Source: an uncultured virus (IMG/VR IMGVR_UViG_3300003629_000002) (taxonomy: Duplodnaviria; Heunggongvirae; Uroviricota; Caudoviricetes). From it: a stretch of 64,000 nt of DNA. This document shows positions 11,028-20,326 of the stretch, piece by piece. The notes under the pieces were generated by a model that ran no database searches, was not told where the DNA came from, and saw only the letters and a program-made list of their open reading frames with translations. Numbering within the stretch: the stretch's first letter is position 1; each line of letters begins with the position of its first letter. The stretch is from IMG/VR virus record IMGVR_UViG_3300003629_000002; one strand, given 5' to 3'. The translations under genes and the position numbers were made by a program.

Positions 11028-11735
11028 ATGTATAATTCTTGCGATTCGTATAATACCTGTAAGTCCTGTGGTAAGGATTTTAAGAAGATTTCTTTACATT
11101 GGGCAAGTTCTGATTGTAGGTATCCTAAATTGGATAAAGATACAGAGAGTGTTATTAAGGGGTTGCTTGCAGGTGATGCAACTATAGGCAAGGATGGAAG
11201 ATTATCTGTATATACAACTAATCCAATTTTTGCAGAATTTATATACAGACAGTTAATATCTATAGTTCCAGTAACAGTAAGTATTAGAGATGCAGATAGT
11301 AATGAATTAATGAAAAGAGAACTTTTTGAATTAACATTGCCTAAACATAAGTTTACTAAGAAATTAAGGGATGATTGGTATAATCCAAAGAAAATACCTA
11401 AGAATACGGTTGTGGATAAATTATTTACTAAGTATTGGTATGTTTGTGATGGAAATTTAAATAGTAAATATGAGGCATCTATCACAACATCTTCCAAAAA
11501 TATTGAATTTGTAGAAAAATCATTTAATCAATTGCCATTTGAGTATAAAATTAAAAATATCGGCACAACTGAGTTAAGTAATAATGATAGATACAGAATA
11601 TATATTAGTAGTCGGGAAAATGTTGAGAAATTTCTGAATTACCTCGGGGAACCTGTACCCGGATTTGAATACAAGTGGGAAATAGACGGTAATAAGAGAA
11701 AATCTATGAAGCAAGATGTGTACCAAAAGATTTAA
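11028..11735 (+). mobile_element. Free-standing LAGLIDADG-like homing endonuclease
   Basis: VIKGLLAGDAT and YWYVCDGN motifs; LGEPVPGFEYKWE shared with 3722-4456; AT-rich. Confidence 0.8.
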
Positions 11736-11770
11736 GTAGTAGCAGGTTCTATACTATTATGAGTAGTAAC

Positions 11771-11900
11771 GTAGTGGGGCGAGGATTGGGCCTGTTGCCG
11801 TGAGGGGCAGGTCGAACGGAGATTTGGAGAATCTCCACCACGTCCTTTCGTGAGCCGAAACCCGGCAGGTTCCGAAAGGTTGGTTCGGTGAGAACCGATA
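11771..11900 (+). ncRNA. GC-rich multi-hairpin RNA or structured leader
   Basis: Several hairpins with GNRA loops between a promoter and the ORF at 11945. Confidence 0.5.
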
Positions 11901-11944
11901 CCTTTAATACGTGCTAACTCCAATGGGTAATTGGTGAATTACAA

Positions 11945-12970
11945 ATGGGATTTAGAGATTCAGTCACGGAAGAAGTAAAGCAAGCACGAGAGAACAGCGG
12001 CTCCGAGCAGGACGAGACGCTTGAACAGATTGAGGTGGATATGGGCAGTACGGCATTTGTCCACTTCCATCCGACGACCATCCTCACGGGGACCTTCCCC
12101 GAGGACGAGGGTAATCCGATTATCCGGTTCCCCGACCAGCAACACAACGAGGGCCGTCTCGACCAAGGCTATCTTGGTCTTGTCCTTGACGAACCCGGCA
12201 CTATCGCTGATGCCGAGGAAGGCACGGAAGGTACTGTTATTCTTGACGTGGTAGACTCGAACGAGATTCGTGTCTTCAACGAGGATGACAGCGGCACGAC
12301 GGTCGGTCGTGGCAACGGTATGGAAGCGGAAGACCTTGTAAAGTACGGCGACCGAACCTACGAGGGTGACGTTGTTGATGACTTCGGTGAGGACCGCATC
12401 ATCGCCATTGTCAGCGGGACCGCCAGCACGTCTGTTGCGAAGAAGTTGGACGTGAACGGTGCAGAGAATGCCGGGATGGACGAGGAAACTGGTCAGGTCA
12501 ACGGTGGCCTTATCGAGTATCCGAATGGCGAAGATGCTGAAGTAAGCCGTCGCTACGCTCGCAACCCGGAACTTCGAGCAGAACTCTACGGAGCCGAGGT
12601 TGGCGTGATGGTTGCTCGCCGTGAGGAACTTGACGAGGAGTACGCGGAGATGGTCGAAAACGAGGAACGTCGTGCAATGAAGTGGTTCTCCGTGTTCGCT
12701 GACACGGGTGACGGCTTCGAATCGCTTGAGACTGTCGAGGGAGAGCCAGTCGGCTACTCCTACCTCGAATGGAACTTCGACCCGTCTGTCGGTGGAGACA
12801 ACTCTGACTACCTGCCTGACGAGGATTACGAGTTCGTTCAGGAGTACGTCGAGGCTGGTATGCCGACCGACGAGGATACCATTCGGACGAACATCGAGGA
12901 TAATGGCGGCGGCCTCTCCGACGAGCCGAACGTTGACCGGATGGTTGAACTCATCCAGTCGCAGTCCTGA
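11945..12970 (+). CDS. Highly acidic hypothetical protein (possibly ssDNA-binding)
   Basis: 341-aa ORF, SD GGTGA, T-rich terminator after it; function is a guess. Confidence 0.6.
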   Translation: MGFRDSVTEEVKQARENSGSEQDETLEQIEVDMGSTAFVHFHPTTILTGTFPEDEGNPIIRFPDQQHNEGRLDQGYLGLVLDEPGTIADAEEGTEGTVILDVVDSNEIRVFNEDDSGTTVGRGNGMEAEDLVKYGDRTYEGDVVDDFGEDRIIAIVSGTASTSVAKKLDVNGAENAGMDEETGQVNGGLIEYPNGEDAEVSRRYARNPELRAELYGAEVGVMVARREELDEEYAEMVENEERRAMKWFSVFADTGDGFESLETVEGEPVGYSYLEWNFDPSVGGDNSDYLPDEDYEFVQEYVEAGMPTDEDTIRTNIEDNGGGLSDEPNVDRMVELIQSQS

Positions 12971-13046
12971 AATAAGGACTATCTGCTGATTTAATTCTTT
13001 CTTTTCTTGCGAAATGCTTAAGTACCCGTAGCCCCTATTTTTGAGT

Positions 13047-14096
13047 ATGACTGATGAACAAGAGTTTCTGCGACACGTATATAATCCGGTGACTGATGCG
13101 TCCTATATGGCAGGCTCGCACAGCAGTCCCGAGATTTCGCTCATTGACTCGATGATTTCGAGCGACAAGCGGCTTGGGGAAGAAATTTTTCAGAACCCCG
13201 AGACGATTGACGTACTACGATTGCTTGTCGCAAAAACGAAGACGCAAATTAGAACAGACCTGTCGCTTGTCTTTCGAGATACGCGCTCGCCAGAGGGCGC
13301 AGATTCGCTGTGTGGCTGTTCCTCGGACGAGTTGACCACGCACACCTATGACTACTTCAAGAACTTCATATCAGGCAATAGACGGTCCTACGCGGAAGCA
13401 CGCTCTGCGGCTGAGACGATGGGTGCATACTTCGAACGTCAGGGCGTCGAGCAAGTCCTGTCAGACTTTCAGGGATTAGGTTCAGCGGCTCGGGCGAGGA
13501 TTCTCGATAACTCGATTCTTCCACACGACCAGCGAGGTTCTCGCTCAAAGCGGCAGGGCCACGGCGTTGAAGCAGAACTTGCACGGATTCTCACCGAATG
13601 CGGCATTGACGTGACTCCCTCGGATAAGACGCAAAATCCAATGGCGGGAGACATTACATTCAATGGAATGAGTTACGACCTGCTAATTGAGAACAACGGC
13701 AAGGTCGAGATTGCGCTTATTTCGCTGTTCCATACGTCGAATCCGGGGCAGTATGGCGCTGACAAGACCGAGAAAACCGAGCAATACGCGGAGTCGCTCG
13801 CCTCCTCCGAGGCGTCATTGTGGGCCTTCTGCGATGGTGCTGGTTTTACGATGCACAACGGCGCATTGCATAATGTGATTGACAACGTGGATAACTTTGT
13901 GCAAGTAAAGTCCTTATGGAAGTTGCCACTTCATCTGCACGAGTCCGGTGTTATTACGCTCAAGGGAGTCACATTCAGCGACTTCTACGATGCGGATGAC
14001 CATCGACGTTTTCGACAGGCGCTCTCGATTGACTTTGGCAAGCCTGACTCGGATGCAACGCCTGTCGATGCAGGCGAAGCAACATTGTGGCTATAG
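13047..14096 (+). CDS. Type II restriction endonuclease-like PD-(D/E)XK nuclease
   Basis: QGHGVE, YDLLI, SNPGQ..K, FCDGAGF (resembles DpnII-like C-terminal motif). Confidence 0.55.
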   Translation: MTDEQEFLRHVYNPVTDASYMAGSHSSPEISLIDSMISSDKRLGEEIFQNPETIDVLRLLVAKTKTQIRTDLSLVFRDTRSPEGADSLCGCSSDELTTHTYDYFKNFISGNRRSYAEARSAAETMGAYFERQGVEQVLSDFQGLGSAARARILDNSILPHDQRGSRSKRQGHGVEAELARILTECGIDVTPSDKTQNPMAGDITFNGMSYDLLIENNGKVEIALISLFHTSNPGQYGADKTEKTEQYAESLASSEASLWAFCDGAGFTMHNGALHNVIDNVDNFVQVKSLWKLPLHLHESGVITLKGVTFSDFYDADDHRRFRQALSIDFGKPDSDATPVDAGEATLWL

Positions 14097-14936
14097 CATC
14101 GAAAGCCTTATGTTTCCACGGCACGTATAATCAGATATGAGCAACAGGTACAGGAAAACCATTAACGATAATACGTACTACGTTTCCGTGCATAGTGGCT
14201 ACTGGTATACAACTGTCAGAATTAGAAAGTGGTCGCAGGGGAGAACCTTGCTAAAGCGTCGAGAGTGGTTCTGCGAGGATGATGAGCGATTAGCCGCAAA
14301 GACACTCAACGAAGCAGTTCAACGCCGCGAGAAACAAATTGCTGAAAGTAATCAATACGATGAACGAATAGAACGCGCTCTCGATGTCGTCCAAGATGAA
14401 TATGACAATTGATGAATTATCGGACGAGGAACAGCAAGAGTTAGCAAAAATGTATCGAGGTATCGGGTCGGCAGATATGACGGCACTTGCGATTACTGCA
14501 AAGTGGGGACCGCGTGAGATTGACGAGATGATATTCAATCTCAAGCAAGTTCGAGATTTCTTCGAGGATATTGAACACTTGCAAGAGGAATGTAACAGCC
14601 CGACTGACCCGATGCAACGACGCATCGAAATGATTAACGGAATGCTGAAACTACTCCGTAAACAGCGTAACCACATAGAAGACACAGCATTCTATTAAAT
14701 CTCCCGTCAAGAAACCTCATACAATTCCGCCGCGTCAATCCTTACTTTATCTATGCGCTCCACATACTTAAGTCTTTTCATGAGACGAATAGCAATAGTT
14801 AAGTATACGTAGCACGTAGTCAATATATGGAAAAACGAGAAGACTCTGAACAGGACGAAGCACCGGAACCTAACTGGAAGCACGGCGATACGATGGAAGC
14901 GTAATAGTTAAGTTACCGTAAATACAATAGCATATT

Positions 14937-15614
14937 ATGGGACTACTTAATAAATTCATTCGAGTGGTGAAGGCGAAGGCGAACAACTTACTCAATAACG
15001 CGGAAGACCCTATCGAGCAACTGGAACTCGCATATGACGAGTTGGAGGACAAGCGCGACAATGTTCGTTCCTCGATTGTGGACGTTATCGCGCAACGAAA
15101 GCGCCTTGAGAGCAGGGTGTCGAAGTTGCAAGATGAAGTGCAGGAGCATAATCGACAGTCTCGCGCTCTTGTCAACGAGGACGAGGACGACCTTGCACGA
15201 GTAGAGTTAGAGAAGAAGAAATCGAAGATGAAGGCAATCGAGAAACTTCAGGGTCAGATTACGCAACTTGACGACCTTGAGCAAGATATGCGCGACCAAC
15301 ACGACGAAATCGAGAGCCGCCTCGATGAACTTGAGACTGAGAAGGAAGTCCTCAAGGCTCGGTACGAGGGCGCTGAAGCGATTGAGGCAGTCAACGAGAG
15401 CCTCTCTGAAGGCATTGGTGACTTCTCAATTGAGGATGCGGTGTCGGATGTTCGGGAAGACGTAGAACAAATGGAGGCTCGTGCAGAGGCTATTCAGGAA
15501 TTTGACGATAGCCAGCAGTCTCACGAGGACCGTGTTGAGGAGATTGCGACTGATGCCGAGGTTGAATCGGAGTTGGAGAGCCTGCGAGGTGAGGCGGAGG
15601 CTGAGGTCGCGTGA
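14937..15614 (+). CDS. pspA: PspA/IM30 family protein
   Basis: MGLLNKFIRVVKAKANNLLNNAEDP, coiled coil, EDDLAR, EVESELESLR. Confidence 0.9.
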   Translation: MGLLNKFIRVVKAKANNLLNNAEDPIEQLELAYDELEDKRDNVRSSIVDVIAQRKRLESRVSKLQDEVQEHNRQSRALVNEDEDDLARVELEKKKSKMKAIEKLQGQITQLDDLEQDMRDQHDEIESRLDELETEKEVLKARYEGAEAIEAVNESLSEGIGDFSIEDAVSDVREDVEQMEARAEAIQEFDDSQQSHEDRVEEIATDAEVESELESLRGEAEAEVA

Positions 15615-15801
15615 GCAAGTGCCACGTCTGCGGTGAGACGTTCACGCGGAAGATAAATCTCGGGAGTGCTGGCACGTTTAACGTAAGCGATAGTGATACT
15701 GTCTGCTATTCGGGAATGTACGATAGGCTTTACTTCCACCAAAACCGAAAGGTTTAAGTAACCCGAGTCCCAATAGTAGTATGCCGTTAACGACGGTACG
15801 A

Positions 15802-15865
15802 GGGAGTCGGATTCATCATTGACAAATGGGTTTTGATGCTCACCTAAAGTAGCATCCCGACTCCC
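15802..15865 (+). ncRNA. Structured RNA in the leader of the Ro60 gene
   Basis: 9-bp GGGAGTCGG/CCGACTCCC stem enclosing two hairpins. Confidence 0.5.
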
Positions 15866-15888
15866 AATTTCAACCGTGGTGATACAAA

Positions 15889-16710
15889 ATGGGAATTAAC
15901 TTCAACGACACGAAAGAGACAGTCGCAGAACGAACCGAGAAGGACAACTATGAGGGAGGAACGGCCTATGAGCCTGACTCGCCCGAGGTTGCGCTGACGA
16001 AGAACGTCCTGACGAATCTGCTTGAAGACTCGTTCTACGAGTCGGCAGAGGACTCGATGGATGCCGTCAAGCGTGAGTTCGAACGAGTTGCAGACTCTAA
16101 TCCAGAGTTTGTCCTGAAGTTGGCTACGTATGCGCGACAGTCTGAGAATCTTCGGCAAGTCCCTCAACTGTTGCTCGTACTCGCGGCCAACGACGCTCGG
16201 ACGAAGGGATACGTTCGTAGTTACGCTGAGTCGATTATTCAGCGTGCAGATGAACCCCTCGAAGTTCTTGCGATGCAGGTTTCCCTGTACGGCAAGTCCA
16301 TCCCGAATCCGCTTGAGAAAGGTATCGAGGATGCACTTCATAATTTCAACGAGTATCAATTCGCAAAGTGGGACCGTCCTTCGAGAGAATGGCAGTACCG
16401 CGACTTGCTGAACTTAGTCCACCCGCGTCCTCGGGATGATGAGAGAGATGCAATCTTTGAGCAAATTGCTCTCGGAGAACTGGACTCTCATCCCGATGTA
16501 GATTCGCTCAAGCAGTCCGATACGTGGGAGGATGAAATGTCTGATGCCGGTAAAGAGGACCGGGATAAGGCAGAGGTTTGGCGCGAACAACTCCGCGAAA
16601 ATGATGAAGGCTACTCGATGCCTATCTTTGCACGGGTTCGTAACGTTCGAAATATGCTTGATGAAGGACTCTCCGGTGAGGAAATCTTCAATTACGATAT
16701 TGAAGAATGA
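15889..16710 (+). CDS. Ro60/TROVE-domain protein, N-terminal part
   Basis: NYEGGTAY, DSFYES, KLATYAR, IQRADEP, FNEYQFAKW, DLLNLVHPRP, TWE, ARVRNVRN. Confidence 0.9.
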   Translation: MGINFNDTKETVAERTEKDNYEGGTAYEPDSPEVALTKNVLTNLLEDSFYESAEDSMDAVKREFERVADSNPEFVLKLATYARQSENLRQVPQLLLVLAANDARTKGYVRSYAESIIQRADEPLEVLAMQVSLYGKSIPNPLEKGIEDALHNFNEYQFAKWDRPSREWQYRDLLNLVHPRPRDDERDAIFEQIALGELDSHPDVDSLKQSDTWEDEMSDAGKEDRDKAEVWREQLRENDEGYSMPIFARVRNVRNMLDEGLSGEEIFNYDIEE

Positions 16711-17411
16711 GCAATTATATTTCAGATAAAGAATTAATTGATGATATAAGGTTAGTTTCATCTGAAATGGGAGAAGTTCCTTCAAGACGCCAGTATAATG
16801 AGCGCGGAAATTATTCTTATAACACGCATTGTCGGAGGTTCGGCTCTTGGAATAGTGCGCTTGAAAAGTCCGTTGGCTCCATAAATAAATATCAGAATAT
16901 TTCTGAAGAAGAATTATATAGCGAAATAGATAGATTATACGAAGAATTAGGCCGACCGCCAATGCAAGAAGATATGAAAAGAATTGGCGAATATAGTCCT
17001 GATACATACCACTATAACTTAGATGGGTGGAGTCAAGCAGTTATAGATGCAGGATATGAACCTATTACAAGAGGTTTTAAAAGTGGAAAGGAGCATCCTG
17101 ATTGGAAAGGTGGCTCTATTGACTATTATGGGCCTAATTGGAGTTCGGTTAGAAAAGAGATTCTTGAAAGGGATAGCAATTGTTGCAGGATATGCTCAGA
17201 ATCAGAGGAGCGACTTTGCGTCCATCATATTAATCCGCGCTCAGAATTTGTTAAAGATGGTGAATACAATTACGAAAAAGCAAACAAGAAGGAAAATCTT
17301 ATAACGCTGTGTGATTCTTGCCATATGAAGTTTGAGGGAAAATTCGCTAACAGTAGCCATACGGAGTTCGAGAATGAAGCGAAAGATTTAAGTAGTACCA
17401 AAACGAAATAA
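16707..17411 (+). mobile_element. HNH homing endonuclease with two N-terminal HNH-associated repeats, inserted in the Ro60 gene
   Basis: RRFGSWNSAL repeat, WKGG, LERD..CRIC, VHHI, NLITLCDSCH; AT-rich. Confidence 0.9.
17380..17395 (+). promoter_or_regulatory. Viral promoter embedded in the HNH 3' end, upstream of the Ro60 C-terminal half
   Basis: cgaaagatttaagtag at leaderless spacing from ATG 17417. Confidence 0.7.
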
Positions 17412-17416
17412 GTAAT

Positions 17417-18157
17417 ATGAAAGATAACAATATTTTCGGAGATACGTCCGAACGAGTTGTACGAAATAGTGGCCTATATCCTTTTAGATATTATCAGGCT
17501 TATAAGGCTATTAAAGAATCACCTGATACACCAAATGATAAGAGGGTATTAGAATGGCTCGAAAACGCAATGCGCGTTGCAACAGAGAATCTGCCGGACG
17601 TATTCGAGAATACGTTTACAGCAGTTGACGTGTCTGGTTCGATGCGTCACGCTGTCTCCGGTGATTCGGAACTCACTTGCAAGGAGATTGCCACGCTGTT
17701 CGGTGCGATGATGCTTGAGCGCGACTCGGATGTAGGCGTGTTTGCAAGCAACTTCGCTGAGGTAAACGCTGACCCGCGCAATCCACTTGTCACCAATGCG
17801 GAGAAGTTACAAGGTTCGCGTGTCGGCGGCTCGACGAATGGCTGGAAGGTGCTTCGTGGGCTGAGAAAAGAGAACCGCTCTTACGACAGGGTGGTAGTCT
17901 TCACGGATATGCAACTCTGGAACGACTCTCCGTACCAGAACTCCTCGTTCAAGGACGAGTGGGATGCCTACAAGCAACAGAATCCTGATGCAAGCCTATA
18001 TCTGATTGACCTTCAGCATTATGGCGACCTCGTTACGCCAGAGGGGGCGCAGGATGTATATAATATCTCCGGCTGGTCTGAGAAGGTTCTCGACTTCATC
18101 GAGGCCATTGAGAATGTCGATGGGATGATTCAAGAGATTGAATCGGTAGAGCCGTAA
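17417..18157 (+). CDS. Ro60/TROVE protein C-terminal part with vWA domain
   Basis: SGLYPFRYYQAY, AVDVSGSM (MIDAS), GGSTNG, VVVFTDMQ, ISGWSEKV. Confidence 0.9.
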   Translation: MKDNNIFGDTSERVVRNSGLYPFRYYQAYKAIKESPDTPNDKRVLEWLENAMRVATENLPDVFENTFTAVDVSGSMRHAVSGDSELTCKEIATLFGAMMLERDSDVGVFASNFAEVNADPRNPLVTNAEKLQGSRVGGSTNGWKVLRGLRKENRSYDRVVVFTDMQLWNDSPYQNSSFKDEWDAYKQQNPDASLYLIDLQHYGDLVTPEGAQDVYNISGWSEKVLDFIEAIENVDGMIQEIESVEP

Positions 18158-18477
18158 TGGGTGTTCACTTCAAGACAGTCGGCGGGTATGAAGTGCTGAC
18201 TGATGGAACAGATTCCTTCAAGCATCATAGACTACTGGCTTGTCTTGATGAAGACCCAAGCGATGTATTCAATGGTCGTATTTGGAATGTGCATCATCGG
18301 AACACAATTTCTTGGGATAATCGACCGGCTAATCTGCTCTTGATTCGCTCACGTTATCATCGAAACTTTCATATGAAAAACGATTGGGCGGAAATTTGTG
18401 CATTCTACAATCAGAATGATGTATCAGATGCACAACTTAGTATTGAGAAATACTACAAGACAATTAGCCACAAGTAA
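18157..18477 (+). CDS. Small HNH-motif protein
   Basis: HRLLA, VHHRN...DNRPANL...H..FH. Confidence 0.7.
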   Translation: MGVHFKTVGGYEVLTDGTDSFKHHRLLACLDEDPSDVFNGRIWNVHHRNTISWDNRPANLLLIRSRYHRNFHMKNDWAEICAFYNQNDVSDAQLSIEKYYKTISHK

Positions 18478-19000
18478 TTTTCGGAAGACTTAAGTCCCTG
18501 TAGGCTGTAATATTTCATATGAGTACGTACATTTGCAAAGCCTGTAGCCACGCTGATAAAGGTAACTTTCGATTTACTGTATCGTGGGATGATTCTGTCG
18601 ATAGTGCATTTGCGACTCGTTGCCCGAGGTGCGGTTCGCTTGAGGAAGAACTTGAGTATCTATGAATAATTTCTCTTTATACGAAGCAATTGACGAAAAA
18701 CTCCGTGACGCTATTGCAAACGCGGAGGAATCATACGATAGTCCGTATATTGTTATTGTTGCTAATCCAGAGATAGTCGATGCCCTGAAGACAAATATGG
18801 ACCCGTCTGTTGGGACAAATATGACGAATGTCAAGATTGACGGCTACGAAATATTTGAATCTGAGGATGTTGTTCTCGGCGTATTTGTCTGTGGCGAGAA
18901 TCTTGATAGTGAGAAGAAACGCATCCAGCAACGTCTTAGAAATAAGATGAATATCTAAGTTATCGAAACCCTTATATGGCATCGTTGCATATAGATACAT

Positions 19001-19885
19001 ATGCGAGACAAAATTAGAAATACAATTTACGAGATTGAGACGAGCGAGAATATCCACGCAATCTCTTGTCGCTCGTTTGGGAGTCATATGATGAACCTCG
19101 ACTCGGACGAGTCAGACTACGATGCGTTTCTCGTCTTCGCGCAAAGTGCGCCGGATTATGCAACTATCGGCGGCTACGAGGATACGCTGACCATTAAGCG
19201 AGGCGAGATTGACTTCCAATGCTGGAACGTCAAAAAGTTTGGCGAACTACTGAATGACTCAAATCCCACGACTCTTGAGTTTCTGAACTCGCCAGTTACG
19301 TACTTCGAGAATCCCGAATTTATCAGCACGCTGGATTCGTTGCGGGAAATGGCGAACGAGAACTTCAAGCCGATTGCGCTCTACTACCATTACCGTAGTA
19401 TGGCGGAGTCGAACTATATGAAGTACCTCAAACCGTGCATCTACGATACGGAGGGAGAGCGATACCCTATCGAGAACGAGGATGACCACTACTGGCATAC
19501 CGGCATTGGTGAGATTCCGAAAGACTCGGATGAGTACGAGGCTGGCAACTTGAAGCAGACTGTCAAGCGTAATCTCTACATTATGCGAGCCATCCTTCAC
19601 GCGAAGCACATCCGCAAGACGCACGAGATGCCGACGATGAACTTCCCTGCATTCGTTGATTCACTCGATGAAGGTGACTTGGGGCTTACGCGAGCAGACA
19701 AGGATAGGCTGAAAAAGTGTATCCATCGAAAGCGTAACGCGAATGCGTATGAGGAAATCGGGAATCCGTTCGAGGATTTCATCGAGGCCGAGTTATCGCG
19801 TGAACTTGACCCGGAAAAACATCTCGACGGAGAGATGAATACTGAGCAGATTAACGAGTTCATCAAGAATGGTATTGTTCGCTGA
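19001..19885 (+). CDS. Pol-beta superfamily nucleotidyltransferase (RlaP/YcgL-like)
   Basis: GSHMMNL...SDYD, WNVKKF..LL..SNP..LEFL.SP, YHYRSMA. Confidence 0.85.
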   Translation: MRDKIRNTIYEIETSENIHAISCRSFGSHMMNLDSDESDYDAFLVFAQSAPDYATIGGYEDTLTIKRGEIDFQCWNVKKFGELLNDSNPTTLEFLNSPVTYFENPEFISTLDSLREMANENFKPIALYYHYRSMAESNYMKYLKPCIYDTEGERYPIENEDDHYWHTGIGEIPKDSDEYEAGNLKQTVKRNLYIMRAILHAKHIRKTHEMPTMNFPAFVDSLDEGDLGLTRADKDRLKKCIHRKRNANAYEEIGNPFEDFIEAELSRELDPEKHLDGEMNTEQINEFIKNGIVR

Positions 19886-20326
19886 TAACTTTCGCAAGGT
19901 TGCCGAGAGCGTGCGAGTTTCCCCTGTAGGCGATGCCGAGGTTGAGCGAGGCAGGTACTTGTCTTTCCGAAAGGGAGACATTACAGCGACAGTACGCCCC
20001 TCTGCAATAGATATTGACTACAATCCGAAGTGGCTTGACGAGCCGTATCTTGAACTGAAATCGAAGCAGTATAATAATTTCGGAGATGCGGTTGGCTGGA
20101 TAATTTACTATCTTGATATGTACGGCGACGGTCACGACCTGCCGGGAGAATTTGAAATTATTCAGGAATCACACGAATACTTCATTATCTTCGGACTTGA
20201 GACTTCGTTGCAGACATTTCATATATCTGGCAACGGAACATTTGACGTTTCCCAAATCCCCGACCGCGTTGACTACAAGTACGAGCGAAAGGTTTAAGTG
20301 ACCAGAAGAACAAGTATAAGTCGTAT

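Noticed and set aside
11855..11890. SRP RNA helix 8 (CAGG..CC-GAAA-GG)
   Set aside because: The conserved AGCA on the 3' side is missing and the element is too short
16681..17445. BHB or group I intron restoring a continuous Ro60 mRNA
   Set aside because: Junction pairing (ATCTTC/GGAGAT) lacks a proper central helix, BHB-rule cuts would be out of frame, and there is no non-coding room for a ribozyme core
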